From contig NC_006833.1 of NCBI RefSeq assembly GCF_000008385.1, positions 300,001-332,000 of the forward strand: a DNA stretch of 32,000 nucleotides. The letters run 5' to 3'. This document shows, piece by piece, positions 21,593-32,000 of this stretch. Position numbers and translations under genes: made by a program. The first letter of the stretch is position 1; each line of letters begins with the position of its first letter. This DNA is from Wolbachia endosymbiont strain TRS of Brugia malayi (lineage in GTDB: Bacteria; Pseudomonadota; Alphaproteobacteria; Rickettsiales; Anaplasmataceae). The notes beneath the pieces are model-generated. The model was not told where the DNA came from. It saw only the letters and a list, made by a program, of their open reading frames with translations, and searched no databases.

Positions 21593-22978
21593 TTACTTAC
21601 CAATCGGATAATCACCAGTGAAACAGGCATCGCAGTATTGCGGTGCTGTGTTATTACGTTTCTCTCCGTTAACAGCCTGATATAATCCATCGATGCTTAA
21701 GAAGGTTAAACTATTTACCCCTATAATTGCTTCTATTTCCCTTACAGACTTACTTGCGGCAATTAGATCCTTGCACTCTGGTGTGTCAATTCCGTAAAAA
21801 CAAGAATACTTAATTGGTGGACTTGAGATTTTTAGGTGAATTTCTTTTACTCCTGCATCTTTTAGCATAACTATTATGCTTTTTAGTGTACTACCACGTA
21901 CTATACTATCGTCTATTAAAATTATGTTCTTACCCTTTAAAATGTCTTTATTAGCATTAAATTTTAATTTTATTCTAACTTTACGTACTTCAGCGGTTGG
22001 TTGTATAAAAGTTCTTCCAATGTAATGATTACGGATTATTCCGAGTTCTATAGGTAATCCTGAATATTTTGTGTATCCGATGGCTGCAGGTATTCCAGAA
22101 TCAGGTATTGGTACAACCATATCCACATTGTTTTTCGGTGGACTCTCTTCTGCAAGTGTTCTTCCTATCTCTTTTCTTATATCATATATGGACCTATCTT
22201 CTATTATGCTGTCTGGCCTTGAAAAATAAATGTATTCAAAGATACAGAAACTTGACTTTTGCTGAGAAAGAGGAAATGCTGAAGCTAGATTACCATTTTG
22301 ATCGATAGTAACTAGTTCACCTGGTTCTATTTCTCTAATAAACTCTGCATTTACTATATCAAGGGCGCAAGTCTCAGATGCGAGCACGTAAGAACTGTTC
22401 AATTTTCCTAAAACAAGAGGTCTGATTCCTGCTGAATCACGTACTCCAACAACTACTTCTCGGTTGATTGCTACAAAAGAATAAGCGCCTTGTATTTGCT
22501 TTAATGCATATATGAAACTCCCTAGAAAGCTATTTTTCGTATTGGCTTCTACCAAACGAGCTACCACCTCTGTATCAATATCTGATTGAAAAACGCGTCC
22601 CTGTTTAATCAACTGCTCGCGTATTGGAGAAATATTAATTAAGTTACCATTATGTGCTATGGCAAAATCTCCAAACTTGTTACTTTTGCCAAGGATAGGC
22701 TGCACTCCAGATTTATTGCCACTTGTTGAGTATCGAACGTGACCTATTGCATAATTTCCAGGCAAGGATTTTTTTATTTCATCTATATTGTCAAGTACAC
22801 TACTCACCTGACCTTGAAAATGATAAGAATGCAGCTTATCGTTGTTACTTGTTACTACGCCAAAAGATTCTTGACCCCTGTGCTGCAAAGCATGAAGACC
22901 TAGTATAGAGTCAAAGGCAGAATCTTTATTGCAGCTTATACCAAATACTCCGCACTCTTCGTACATTTTATCGAGCAT
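21593..22978 (-). CDS. purF: Amidophosphoribosyltransferase
   Basis: CGVFGI...LGLHALQHRGQESFGVV, GHVRYSTSGNKSGVQPILG, FAIAHNGNLIN, MVVPIPDSGIPAAIGY, GKNIILIDDSIVRGSTLKSII. Confidence 0.97.
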   Translation of the reverse strand: MLDKMYEECGVFGISCNKDSAFDSILGLHALQHRGQESFGVVTSNNDKLHSYHFQGQVSSVLDNIDEIKKSLPGNYAIGHVRYSTSGNKSGVQPILGKSNKFGDFAIAHNGNLINISPIREQLIKQGRVFQSDIDTEVVARLVEANTKNSFLGSFIYALKQIQGAYSFVAINREVVVGVRDSAGIRPLVLGKLNSSYVLASETCALDIVNAEFIREIEPGELVTIDQNGNLASAFPLSQQKSSFCIFEYIYFSRPDSIIEDRSIYDIRKEIGRTLAEESPPKNNVDMVVPIPDSGIPAAIGYTKYSGLPIELGIIRNHYIGRTFIQPTAEVRKVRIKLKFNANKDILKGKNIILIDDSIVRGSTLKSIIVMLKDAGVKEIHLKISSPPIKYSCFYGIDTPECKDLIAASKSVREIEAIIGVNSLTFLSIDGLYQAVNGEKRNNTAPQYCDACFTGDYPIGK

Positions 22979-23119
22979 AAAAACTACTGAGTAAAGTTTA
23001 ATTTTACTTTAGCATGGGTAAAGCACAAGCATTTTATTTACCATCTCCCTTCAAAATCAGTTTTTCTATAAAACTTCAGAAAATTTGAACAGAATAAGCT
23101 TCTGTGGTTAGAATAGTAC

Positions 23120-23749
23120 ATGAAGAATGTAATGCTAATTGGTGGTGGAGTTGGAAATGCAGTGTTATTTTCAATAGGGAAAGCATGTATTGAAAATAAT
23201 AATAAGGTTTTGTACTTTGCTGGCTATAGGAAATTAAATGACGTATTTAAACGGACACTAATAGAACATGCATCAAGTGCGGTAGTTTGGGCATGTGAAG
23301 AAGGTTTGATAGAAACAAGCAGAGATCAGGACAAATCCTTTCATGGTAATGTAGTTGATGCGATAATCTCTTACCAACAGGAAATATTAAGTGATGCTGC
23401 GATTAATTTAAATGCCATAGATAAAATTATCACTATCGGTTCAGATAAAATGATGAAGGCTGTAAATAAAGCGAGAAAAACAATTTTAAAGCCATATCTG
23501 AAATCAGGCCACTTGGCAATATCATCGATCAATTCTCCTATGCAATGTATGATGAAGGAAATCTGCGCTCAGTGTGTGCAGCGACATGTAAATATAAAAA
23601 CAGGAGAAGAGAGTTATGTGTATAGTTGCAATAACCAAGACCAGGCTATGGAGTTTATTGATTTTGATTTTTTAAGTGAGCGCTTGAAACAAAACAATTT
23701 ACAAGAAAAACTCACTACAAAATGGATAGATCATGCTCAAAGATATTAA
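23120..23749 (+). CDS. Putative oxidoreductase NAD-binding/Fe-S domain protein, PyrK-like C-terminal part
   Basis: Rossmann-like MLIGGGVGNAVLFSIGKACIENNNKVLYFAGYR and a terminal cysteine cluster CMMKEICAQCVQRHVNIKTGEESYVYSC, which resembles the C-terminal halves of PyrK or glutamate-synthase-associated proteins. No N-terminal FAD domain is encoded. Confidence 0.55.
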   Translation: MKNVMLIGGGVGNAVLFSIGKACIENNNKVLYFAGYRKLNDVFKRTLIEHASSAVVWACEEGLIETSRDQDKSFHGNVVDAIISYQQEILSDAAINLNAIDKIITIGSDKMMKAVNKARKTILKPYLKSGHLAISSINSPMQCMMKEICAQCVQRHVNIKTGEESYVYSCNNQDQAMEFIDFDFLSERLKQNNLQEKLTTKWIDHAQRY

Positions 23750-24275
23750 ACAAAAAAAAAAAGAGATAAGAGAGCAATATAGAACTATAAGAAAAAATAT
23801 TGATGAGGGCTATTCCAGTTATGCAACGAATTCCCTTATTAATTTCTTTAATCAGAACTTAAGTTACGTTAAAGGCAAAACAGTTGCTGCTTACATTCCA
23901 ATTGACGGGGAAATAAATGTTATACCTTTGATGTATAATTTGCTCGGTCTAGGTTATAAAGTGGCAGTTTCTGATAAAAATAAGCTACTGAGATTTAAGG
24001 AATGGAATAAAACAAGTGAAGACATAATCCCTGATACGATTATCACTCCTGTTGTTGCTTTTGATGATCACCTCAATAGATTGGGTTTTGGTGGTGGTTG
24101 GTATGATGCTGTGATAAAAGAGTTACGACCACTTGGGAAAGTATTTATAGGCGTAGCTTACGAAGAACAATATTGTAAAGATTTACTAGTAGAAGAACAT
24201 GATCAAAAACTGGATATTATAATCACTGAGATGTGTGTTAGGCATAGGGTTATGTACTGTCAAAATTTCCTATAA
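23733..24275 (+). CDS. 5-formyltetrahydrofolate cyclo-ligase family protein
   Basis: KKKEIREQYRTIRKNI, GKTVAAYIPIDGEINVIPLM, IITPVVAFDDHLNRLGFGGGWYDAVIKELR, GVAYEEQ. Confidence 0.92.
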   Translation: MLKDIKQKKKEIREQYRTIRKNIDEGYSSYATNSLINFFNQNLSYVKGKTVAAYIPIDGEINVIPLMYNLLGLGYKVAVSDKNKLLRFKEWNKTSEDIIPDTIITPVVAFDDHLNRLGFGGGWYDAVIKELRPLGKVFIGVAYEEQYCKDLLVEEHDQKLDIIITEMCVRHRVMYCQNFL

Positions 24276-24277
24276 TC

Positions 24278-25405
24278 CTAAATTAACTCTTCTAAAGTAT
24301 TTAAAATATCAGTTACATAATAAACCCAATCTCTCTTTCCCTTAGAAGTTTGTGAAACAATACCTAAATCCTCAAGTTTCATTGTTGCTCTTTAGGCTAT
24401 TGTAAATGCAACACCTAAGTTTTCAACTACTTTCTTTATAGTAAAATAAGGGTTTACAGCTAGGTATCTTACAATATCACTAGTAACTCCTTCGGTTTTA
24501 TGATTTTGCCAATCTGTAATTAGATTGTTAATTTGCTCTGCTCTTGATAATACGTCCAATGATTGGCAATGCCACACCATTTGATAAGAAAGCTAATCGT
24601 GCCACGTGCCTTTGCTGCTTATATTGTAAAGCTGTTTATAGTACTCACTTCTTGTTGCTTCGAAAGATGCACTTAAATATAACAAAGGCGATGATGATAA
24701 TTTTCTTTCGATGAGGAGTAATGTTATCAATAGACGTCCAATGTCCCCGTTACCGTCTAAGAATGAATGAATCGCTTAAAATTGATAATGGTATAAAGCT
24801 ATGTGTATGAGTGGGATAGTGTCCTATCGTACAGAAACTTTTCAAAGGAATCCAAACAACCTATAAATTCATTTAATATTGGTAGCACATGTTTTGCTGT
24901 GTTTATTATACACCCTAGACTTCCAATCCAATTTTATACCTGGCAAAATTCCCCTGGGGTTGCATAAAAACCTCTTATACCTTGCATAAGTTTTTCATGA
25001 ATTTCTTTAATCGGCTAAAGCAGCAGTGGAAGAGATTATGAACGTTTCAATCCATACTGGTGCTAATATATAGTTGTGCACTTCTTGTAGATTATAGGGA
25101 TTACAATCTACATTAGTGTCTGCTTCTTGAACTAAAATTTCACTCAGAGTTACTTAAGCTCCCTCAATTCTACTTGAAATAACTGCTTCACGTGCTATAA
25201 AAGGTCACATGAGAAGATGAGGATTAGGCAATTTAGCTCCTTTCCTGGATGACATACCCAAAATATGGTCTGCTCTGGAAAGGCTGTTGACTAAGGCATT
25301 ATCCCATTCAAAATTTGATAGCAAGGGGTTAGATACAAATGCTCGGTAGCCAGCTAATGCATTGATAACTTTACCTGATGTAATTCTTTGATATTCATTC
25401 GCCAA
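24278..25405 (-). pseudogene. Fic-family protein pseudogene
   Basis: N-terminal LVNSLSRADHILGMSSRKGAKLPNPHLLM, then an in-frame TGA, then PFIAREAVISSRIEGA*VTLSEILVQEADTN...NLQEV. Downstream fragments include SFLDGNGDIGRLLITLLLIEKK (Fic core HPFxDGNGRxGR-like, altered), YYKQLYNISSKGTWHDWL and the C-terminus DILNTLEELI. Confidence 0.88.
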
Positions 25406-25838
25406 CCTAGCAGACTGTTTTTATAGTCTATGTTATTTTCAAAAAGTCAAAAATGAAAATAAGGCTTAATTTTATTTGTGTGTATGAAAATAAAAAACCT
25501 CTTTATTTTCAATTTTGCCCAAAGATAGAAATAGGCAAGGGTTTCTGTTTTTTTTCTCTGGTTGCTATTTCTACGCTGTGATTCAATTTGGCAAAAAGAT
25601 TACATGTATACCTTCCGCAAATGGCAGTTTGGGCTTTTCAAAAAGCCAAAATTCTATATAATTTTAGTTATAAGTTATGGCTTATAGAAGAGGCTACCAC
25701 AGATCCATTGCATATGCACAATTTTCTAAAAAAATAGTAGTATTGCCTTTGCATAGTATAAAGTATTCCTATGTAAATTCTATGTTGTCCATATAATAAA
25801 GTTGAAGCTATTGCTAACGTAACGTATTTAAAAATGTT

Positions 25839-28343
25839 ATGAACTTCGTAAGAGAAAAAAATACTCCTGTGATGGAGCAATATTTGAACCTAAAAGCTCA
25901 ATATCAGGATCATCTGTTATTTTATAGGCTGGGAGATTTTTATGAGTTGTTTTTTGATGATGCTATTAAAGCTGCGAAGTTGCTGAATATAGTACTAACT
26001 AAGAGAGGTAATTCGTATGGGCAAGAGGTACCAATGTGTGGAGTGCCAGCGCATAGTAGTGAATCTTACCTTCATAAGTTAATAGATTTAGGATTCAAAG
26101 TAGCAATCTGCGATCAGTTAGAAACTGCTGATGAAGCAAAAAGGAGGGGCTATAAATCTATAGTAAAACGTGATGTAGTGCGAATTGTAACTCCAGGAAC
26201 AATTGTTGAAGATTCGCTATTAGAGGATAAAAACAACAATTATCTTGCGTCCATAGTTAAACAAAATGGGGAATATGCTATTGGCTGGCTTGAATTATCA
26301 ACAGGAAAATTTTTTCATACCTTAACGAATTTAAAAGCTCTGGATAGTGATTTATTGCGTATATCACCAAAAGAATTACTAATTTCTGATGAACTAGCTG
26401 AGGATGAAAAAATCAGATCAATTTTAAAAAATTATAAAATATCGATTACGCAGCATGCACAGAGCTTTTTTGAGTATAATAAATCTAATAGAACGCTGTG
26501 CGAATTTTATAAGGTTAGAGAACTTGGGGTTATAGGAAGTTTCAGCAAAGTGGAGATTATGGCGTGTGGTGCACTGCTTGAATATGTAAAAGTAACGCAA
26601 AGAGGCTCTGTTCCAAGACTTGAGTTACCAGAACCCTATAAGCAGCAAAATTTCATGCTTGTAGATGCTTCAGCAAGAAGAAATCTTGAGTTATTTTTAA
26701 CTCAGTTTGGTGAAAAAAAAGGCTCGCTAATCTCAGTTATCGATCACACAGTAACAGCTTCTGGTGGGCGTTTGCTAAAACAAATGCTTGCATCACCGCT
26801 CGCTTGTTCTAAGGCAATTAATTTGAGGCTCAGCACCGTTGAATTTTTTGTAAATAACTATGAATCACGCAAGAGAATACGGGAAATACTATCTAACATT
26901 CCAGATATTGAGAGGTCTTTGTCACGTTTAATGCTGGAGCGTGGTTCACCAAAAGACATTAATTTATTGAAAGTGGGCCTTGGGAAAACTTTAGAGTTAT
27001 CTGAGTTCTTGTATAAAATTGAATCTGGTAAAAATGAATCTCTCTTACAACAATATGTTATCCCAGTGCTTGACACTGGGATCCAGCCAGCGTTGAACGC
27101 TGAAATAACAGTAAAATCAGATGAAAATGAACTTAGCACAATATATAAAAGCCTTGGCAACCATAAAGACCTATTCGAGCTTCTAAACAGTGCTATGCTC
27201 GATAATAATCTCAGTTCCGTGAAAGAAGGAGGATTTATTAATCCAAAATATAATCAAGAGCTATCTGAGTTATCATATGTGTTAAGTAATAGCAACAAGC
27301 TAATAACCAGACTTCGTGAATCTTACCGTGATCTGACTGGTATTGCTGCGCTGAAAATATTGCACAACAATATGCTAGGTTATTACATTGAAGTGTCAGC
27401 GAATCATAAAATAACTTCAGACATATTTATTCACAGGCAAAGCTTAGCAAACAGTATGCGCTATACTACTAATGAATTGAAAGAATTAGAAAATAAAATT
27501 CTTACGGCGCGTGATGCTGTAATCAGCTTAGAGATAAAAATCTTTGGTGAACTGTGTAGTGAAATTGCTAAAGAATCTGAAAGGATTGCTCTTACTGCAA
27601 ATGCTTTGGCAAAACTTGATATCAGAACCGCGTTTGCAGAGCTTGCAGTGCAAAATGATTACACGAAACCCATCATTAACGATAGCAAGGAATTCAATAT
27701 TTGCAATGGAAGACACCCAGTTGTTGAAGTTAACGATAAGTTCATTGCAAATAGCATCAATTTGTCTGGTATACATCTAATTACTGGCCCTAATATGGCT
27801 GGAAAAAGCACTTTCTTGAGGCAAAACGCTCTCATTGCAATTTTAGCTCACATGGGTTCATTTGTGCCAGCAGATAGTGCACATATTGGAGTGATTGATA
27901 AGATATTCAGCAGGGTTGGCGCAACGGATAATATAACGGCTGGTTATTCCACCTTCATGGTGGAGATGATTGAAACAGCAACCATAGTCAACCAAGCAAC
28001 AGACCGTTCCTTGGTAATACTTGATGAAATTGGTAGAGGAACAGGAGTGTATGATGGCTTATCTATTGCTCAGGCGGTAATTGAACATATTCACAATGTA
28101 AATAAGTGCCGCGCTATCTTTGCAACTCATTATCATGAGTTAACTAAAGTAAGCAAATACTTGAAAAGTGTCAAGTGTTTTTGTGTGAGAATAAAAGAAT
28201 GGAAAGAGGAGGTGATCTTTCTACATGAAGTAGTTGAGGGCGTTGCAGATGAGTCATATGGAATACATGTGGCAAAACTTGCTGGTTTTCCTGATTCTAT
28301 TTTAAATAGAGCAAGTGAAGTGTTTAAAGAACTAAAAGCTTAA
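25839..28343 (+). CDS. mutS: DNA mismatch repair protein MutS
   Basis: [106 protein letters not shown]. Confidence 0.98.
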   Translation: MNFVREKNTPVMEQYLNLKAQYQDHLLFYRLGDFYELFFDDAIKAAKLLNIVLTKRGNSYGQEVPMCGVPAHSSESYLHKLIDLGFKVAICDQLETADEAKRRGYKSIVKRDVVRIVTPGTIVEDSLLEDKNNNYLASIVKQNGEYAIGWLELSTGKFFHTLTNLKALDSDLLRISPKELLISDELAEDEKIRSILKNYKISITQHAQSFFEYNKSNRTLCEFYKVRELGVIGSFSKVEIMACGALLEYVKVTQRGSVPRLELPEPYKQQNFMLVDASARRNLELFLTQFGEKKGSLISVIDHTVTASGGRLLKQMLASPLACSKAINLRLSTVEFFVNNYESRKRIREILSNIPDIERSLSRLMLERGSPKDINLLKVGLGKTLELSEFLYKIESGKNESLLQQYVIPVLDTGIQPALNAEITVKSDENELSTIYKSLGNHKDLFELLNSAMLDNNLSSVKEGGFINPKYNQELSELSYVLSNSNKLITRLRESYRDLTGIAALKILHNNMLGYYIEVSANHKITSDIFIHRQSLANSMRYTTNELKELENKILTARDAVISLEIKIFGELCSEIAKESERIALTANALAKLDIRTAFAELAVQNDYTKPIINDSKEFNICNGRHPVVEVNDKFIANSINLSGIHLITGPNMAGKSTFLRQNALIAILAHMGSFVPADSAHIGVIDKIFSRVGATDNITAGYSTFMVEMIETATIVNQATDRSLVILDEIGRGTGVYDGLSIAQAVIEHIHNVNKCRAIFATHYHELTKVSKYLKSVKCFCVRIKEWKEEVIFLHEVVEGVADESYGIHVAKLAGFPDSILNRASEVFKELKA

Positions 28344-28409
28344 TTAAGAAAGTCGTTAATTGCAAAATTTAATATAAGTAGTAAAATAGAACTACTTAAT
28401 AAAAAATAT

Positions 28410-29609
28410 ATGTTAATTAATACAACATCAGAGCTGGAAGATATATGTGAAGAGTTAATAGCAAAAAAGCCGAAGTTTATAGCAGCTGACACGGAGTTCA
28501 TTAGAAATCACTTAACTTACTATCCAAGATTGTCGTTAATTCAGATTTCTTACGGAGAGAAGAGTTTTATTGTAGATGCATTAGCGCCAGAGGTTGATTT
28601 ATCATTTATTAAGAAAATCATGCTCAATCGGGAAATAACTAAAGTATTTCATAGTTGTCGGCAGGATATAGAATCCTTATTCACTGTGTTTAAGTGTATT
28701 CCTGCTCCCATTTTTGATACCCAAGTTGCTGCTATGTTTTGTCATTATTATCACGACTTTATTGGTTACTCAAAAGTAGTAGAGCAATATCAAGGGGTAG
28801 TATTAGATAAAATTAAAGCTAAAAATTCAGACTGGTTAAGAAGGCCATTGTCTAAGGATCAGTTAGACTACGCAATAAGTGACGTGGTACACCTATATGA
28901 CTTACACCAAATATTGTGCGATAGACTTGAAGAAAGTGGTAGAATGGGCTGGTTTCACGAGGAGATGGAATCAGTGGTTGATATAAATAAATATTTACAT
29001 AGTCCAAAAGATGCATGGAAGAGGATTAAGTTTAATTATGAGGCAAATCCAAAATTGATGATAATTATTAAAGCGGTTAGTGAATGGCAAGAGACCTTAG
29101 CACAGCGTTATAATATAAATCGTAATAAGATAGTGAACAATGCCGTAGTAGCTGGTTTTTTTGAAAAAAACGTGGAACACGTTGATGAAGTTTTGGATGA
29201 TCTTAGGAAGAACACAAAAAATATAAGAGAGGAGGATTTATTAGAATTTATAGATGTTTTTAATGAGAATGAGAAAAATTTTGTGCAGCAAGATTATACT
29301 CTATCAAATAGTTATGATAGATCTGTATTCGATATGCTCTCAATTATTTTAGAAAGCAAATGTAAAGAAAATAATATATCAAGAAAATTGGTTTCATCAA
29401 AAGATGAATTAGTTGGGTCAATGTCTGGGCAGGTAGACAAACTATTTAAGGGATGGAGGTATGATTTTTTTGGCAGGTCAGTTAAGTCATTTTTGAATGC
29501 AAATTCAAAGTTTGAAATTTCAGTGGTAAAATCTACAAATAATACAGTCAAAATTCAGAGTGATTTAATAAAAGCAAGTTGTGGATTGAAATCAACTGCT
29601 GAGGCTTAA
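28410..29609 (+). CDS. rnd: Ribonuclease D
   Basis: FIAADTEFIRNHLTYYPRLSLIQIS, VFHSCRQDIESLF, PIFDTQVAAMFC, SDWLRRPLSKDQLDYAISDVVHLYDL. Confidence 0.94.
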   Translation: MLINTTSELEDICEELIAKKPKFIAADTEFIRNHLTYYPRLSLIQISYGEKSFIVDALAPEVDLSFIKKIMLNREITKVFHSCRQDIESLFTVFKCIPAPIFDTQVAAMFCHYYHDFIGYSKVVEQYQGVVLDKIKAKNSDWLRRPLSKDQLDYAISDVVHLYDLHQILCDRLEESGRMGWFHEEMESVVDINKYLHSPKDAWKRIKFNYEANPKLMIIIKAVSEWQETLAQRYNINRNKIVNNAVVAGFFEKNVEHVDEVLDDLRKNTKNIREEDLLEFIDVFNENEKNFVQQDYTLSNSYDRSVFDMLSIILESKCKENNISRKLVSSKDELVGSMSGQVDKLFKGWRYDFFGRSVKSFLNANSKFEISVVKSTNNTVKIQSDLIKASCGLKSTAEA

Positions 29610-30179
29610 CGAGTCTACTATATCTTTTACTTGAGAGAGAACATGTTCTTTACTTGTACTGGTATCAATGGTAAAGTCACTCATCTGCCTTTTTTCTTTG
29701 ACAGGTAGTTGAATACTGGAAATTAGATCTAGCTTTTCTTTATCTATATTACGTTCACTGAGCCTTTGAGCTTGTGCGGCACTATCTGCATAGATGAAAA
29801 TAATAAAGTCGCAATATAAATGAAATCTCGTTTCCAGCAAAAGTGGAACGTCTAGAACTAAGAGCTTCCTATTGATCTCTTTATCCTGAGCAATAAAAAT
29901 TTCTAGTTCATTTTGCACAGCTGAATGGACTAAGGATTGGAATTGCTTCCAATTTTCATCATAATCTAAGAAATATTTGGACAATACTGTTTTATCTATT
30001 TCACCATTTGCTATCGCTCCAGGGAAATTTTTCTCTGCGTAGCTTATTATGTTTTTGTCCACTCTGTAAAGCTGGTGTACAATAAAATCAGCATCAAACA
30101 CAGCAGCACCGAATTCTTTAAAGCAATTGGCTATAAAACTCTTCCCTACTCCAATTCCTCCTGTTAGACCTATAATCAT
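29592..30179 (-). CDS. coaE: Dephospho-CoA kinase
   Basis: MIIGLTGGIGVGKSFIANCFKEFGAAVFDADFIVHQLY, VLDVPLLLETRFHLYCDFIIFIYA. Confidence 0.95.
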   Translation of the reverse strand: MIIGLTGGIGVGKSFIANCFKEFGAAVFDADFIVHQLYRVDKNIISYAEKNFPGAIANGEIDKTVLSKYFLDYDENWKQFQSLVHSAVQNELEIFIAQDKEINRKLLVLDVPLLLETRFHLYCDFIIFIYADSAAQAQRLSERNIDKEKLDLISSIQLPVKEKRQMSDFTIDTSTSKEHVLSQVKDIVDSLSLSS

Positions 30180-30345
30180 ATAACAAAAAACACATTATGA
30201 AGCTATACCTACAGTAGCTGCTTTTTTTTGTGTGTCTACTTAAAACCCAAATTTGCTGCGTAGTTCTGATAGTATCGAAAGAAAATAAACAGCTATTATT
30301 TTTTTAGTAATTAAATAAAATAGAATAAAAGATTACGAGGAAGCT

Positions 30346-31749
30346 TTGAAAAATAAGATAAAAAAAATGATAATTTCAGGAAAGGAAGTGTGGCCAATCA
30401 TCGAGGGCGGTAAAGGTATTGCAGTTAGTGATGGAGGATCGAGCGGAGCATTTGCTGCAGCAGATGCTGTTGGAACGTTTTCTGGTGCAAATGCCAAGCT
30501 TATTGATGATAACGGTGAGTTAGTGCCATTGGTTTACAAAGGTAAAACAAGAAATGAAAAACATGAAGAATTGATTGAGTATAGTATTGGGGCTGGAGTT
30601 AGTCAGGCAAGAATAGCAAATGAAATATCAAAAGGTCGTGGAAGAGTACATATGAATGTGCTTTGGGAGATGGGAGCGGCAGAACGTGTACTTCATGGTA
30701 TATTAGAAAAAGCAAAGGGCTTAGTCCATGGTATTACCTGTGGTGCTGGTATGCCTTACAGGCTTGGAGAAATTGCAGCCAAATATCAGGTTTATTATTA
30801 CCCTATTATTTCATCGGTACGTGCTTTTAAAGCATTGTGGAAACGTGCTTATCAAAGAATATCTTCTTTTTTGCTCGGTGGAGTAGTATATGAGGATCCG
30901 TGGCTTGCTGGAGGGCATAATGGATTAAGTAATAGTGAGAACCCGGAGTTACCACAAGCTCCATTTGAGAGAGTTGTGGAACTTAGGTCTTTTATGAACG
31001 AGATCGGTCTTTCAGAAACACCAATTGTTATGGCGGGGGGAGTGTGGCGTTTAAAAGATTGGGAACATTGGTTTGACAATCTGCAAATCGGACCAATAGC
31101 TTTTCAGTTTGGCACTCGTCTGCTTTTAACGAAAGAAAGCCCAATTTCCGCAGAGTGGAAAAAGAAGCTGTTGACTTTGGAAGAAGGTGATGTGTTTTTA
31201 AATAAATTCAGTCCAACAGGGTTTTACTCATCTGCAGTAAGAAATAACTTCATACGTGAGTTACAGGAACGGAATTCACGTCAAATAAAATTCTCAGAAA
31301 ATGCCAGCGAAGAGTTCGATAGTGAATTTGCGATTGGTGCAAGAGGTAGAAATATTTACCTTACTTCAAAAGATAAGGAACTGGCAGATACATGGAGTAA
31401 AGCAGGATATACAGAAGCAATGAGAACTCCAGATACAACTGTTATTTTTGTAACACCAGACAAATTTGCAGAGATCAGGCGAGATCAAATCAATTGCATG
31501 GGGTGTTTAAGCCATTGTTTATTTAGTAATTGGAAAGATCATGGTGACTATTCAACAGGGCGAAAGCCAGATCCGCGGAGTTTTTGTATACAAAAGACAC
31601 TGCAAAACATTATACATGACGGCAATATTGAAAATGAGCTCATGTTTTCTGGGCACAGTGTTTACAGATTCAAGCAAGATCCGTTTTATGAGAACGGCTA
31701 CATACCGACAGTAAAAGAGCTGGTGGAAAGAATATTGACAGGATATTAA
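30346..31749 (+). CDS. Nitronate monooxygenase / 2-nitropropane dioxygenase family protein
   Basis: IEGGKGIAVSDGGSSGAFAAADAVGTFSGANAKL, GLVHGITCGAGMPYRLGEIA, YEDPWLAGGHNGLSN, TPIVMAGGVW, GPIAFQFGTRLLLTKESP. Confidence 0.88.
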   Translation: MKNKIKKMIISGKEVWPIIEGGKGIAVSDGGSSGAFAAADAVGTFSGANAKLIDDNGELVPLVYKGKTRNEKHEELIEYSIGAGVSQARIANEISKGRGRVHMNVLWEMGAAERVLHGILEKAKGLVHGITCGAGMPYRLGEIAAKYQVYYYPIISSVRAFKALWKRAYQRISSFLLGGVVYEDPWLAGGHNGLSNSENPELPQAPFERVVELRSFMNEIGLSETPIVMAGGVWRLKDWEHWFDNLQIGPIAFQFGTRLLLTKESPISAEWKKKLLTLEEGDVFLNKFSPTGFYSSAVRNNFIRELQERNSRQIKFSENASEEFDSEFAIGARGRNIYLTSKDKELADTWSKAGYTEAMRTPDTTVIFVTPDKFAEIRRDQINCMGCLSHCLFSNWKDHGDYSTGRKPDPRSFCIQKTLQNIIHDGNIENELMFSGHSVYRFKQDPFYENGYIPTVKELVERILTGY

Positions 31750-32000
31750 GTTATGTTTGAGTTGATAAGGAAGCATTGCTTTATTATAGTAAGTATTTAT
31801 TAATTTAATTTTAATTTGGAAAAGTGTCTATGCTAGCGAGCAGGAGTATTTTAGAAGGGTATGCATTGGCCTATTAAAAATTTTGGTGGTACAGTAACGT
31901 TAAAGGGTTTTTACAATTTTGTGATGTATGAAACGCAACAGATTGGAATGAGGAGAATTTTGAAAGATTATATAAAGGATTTGTGTGCTCGGATTTAAGC

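Noticed and set aside
25406-25838. AT-rich gap before mutS with homopolymer runs and short repeated words
   Set aside because: I looked for an RNA gene, an IS end or a phage attachment-like repeat and could not support any. A 70 aa minus ORF (25668-25880) overlaps the mutS start and lacks family features.
31750-32000. Possible coding sequence after the nitronate monooxygenase gene
   Set aside because: Only short open stretches (for example MRRILKDYIKDLCARI) are visible before the window ends, so no gene call can be supported.

Overview
The window looks like a gene-dense, AT-rich stretch of a Wolbachia-type (Rickettsiales) endosymbiont chromosome. That taxonomic call is an inference from gene content and protein flavour, not a search result. 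Most of it is conserved housekeeping: trmD (5' truncated by the window edge), rplS, pstA, purQ, lipB, rpe, tRNA-Arg(UCU), an NDUFA9-like NAD(P)-binding protein, murF, a HIT protein, nuoABC, mdh, tatD, rppH, rsfS, tyrS, ruvA, ruvB, a 3-methyladenine DNA glycosylase, purF, 5-formyl-THF cyclo-ligase, mutS, rnd, coaE and a nitronate monooxygenase/2-nitropropane dioxygenase family protein. Accessory content consists of decayed genes: an S66/LD-carboxypeptidase pseudogene, a Fic-family pseudogene, and a tyrS-ruvA island with a conserved-hypothetical pseudogene, a RhuM-like pseudogene, a possible duplicated tyrS 3' end and a SWIM zinc-finger remnant. There is also one Wolbachia-style palindromic repeat and two intact uncharacterised ORFs (8923..9897 and about 20104..21000). 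I found no CRISPR array, intact mobile element or convincing new multi-gene system. The best leads are the tyrS-ruvA island, the two orphan ORFs, and a stand-alone Rossmann plus Cys-cluster protein at 23120..23749.
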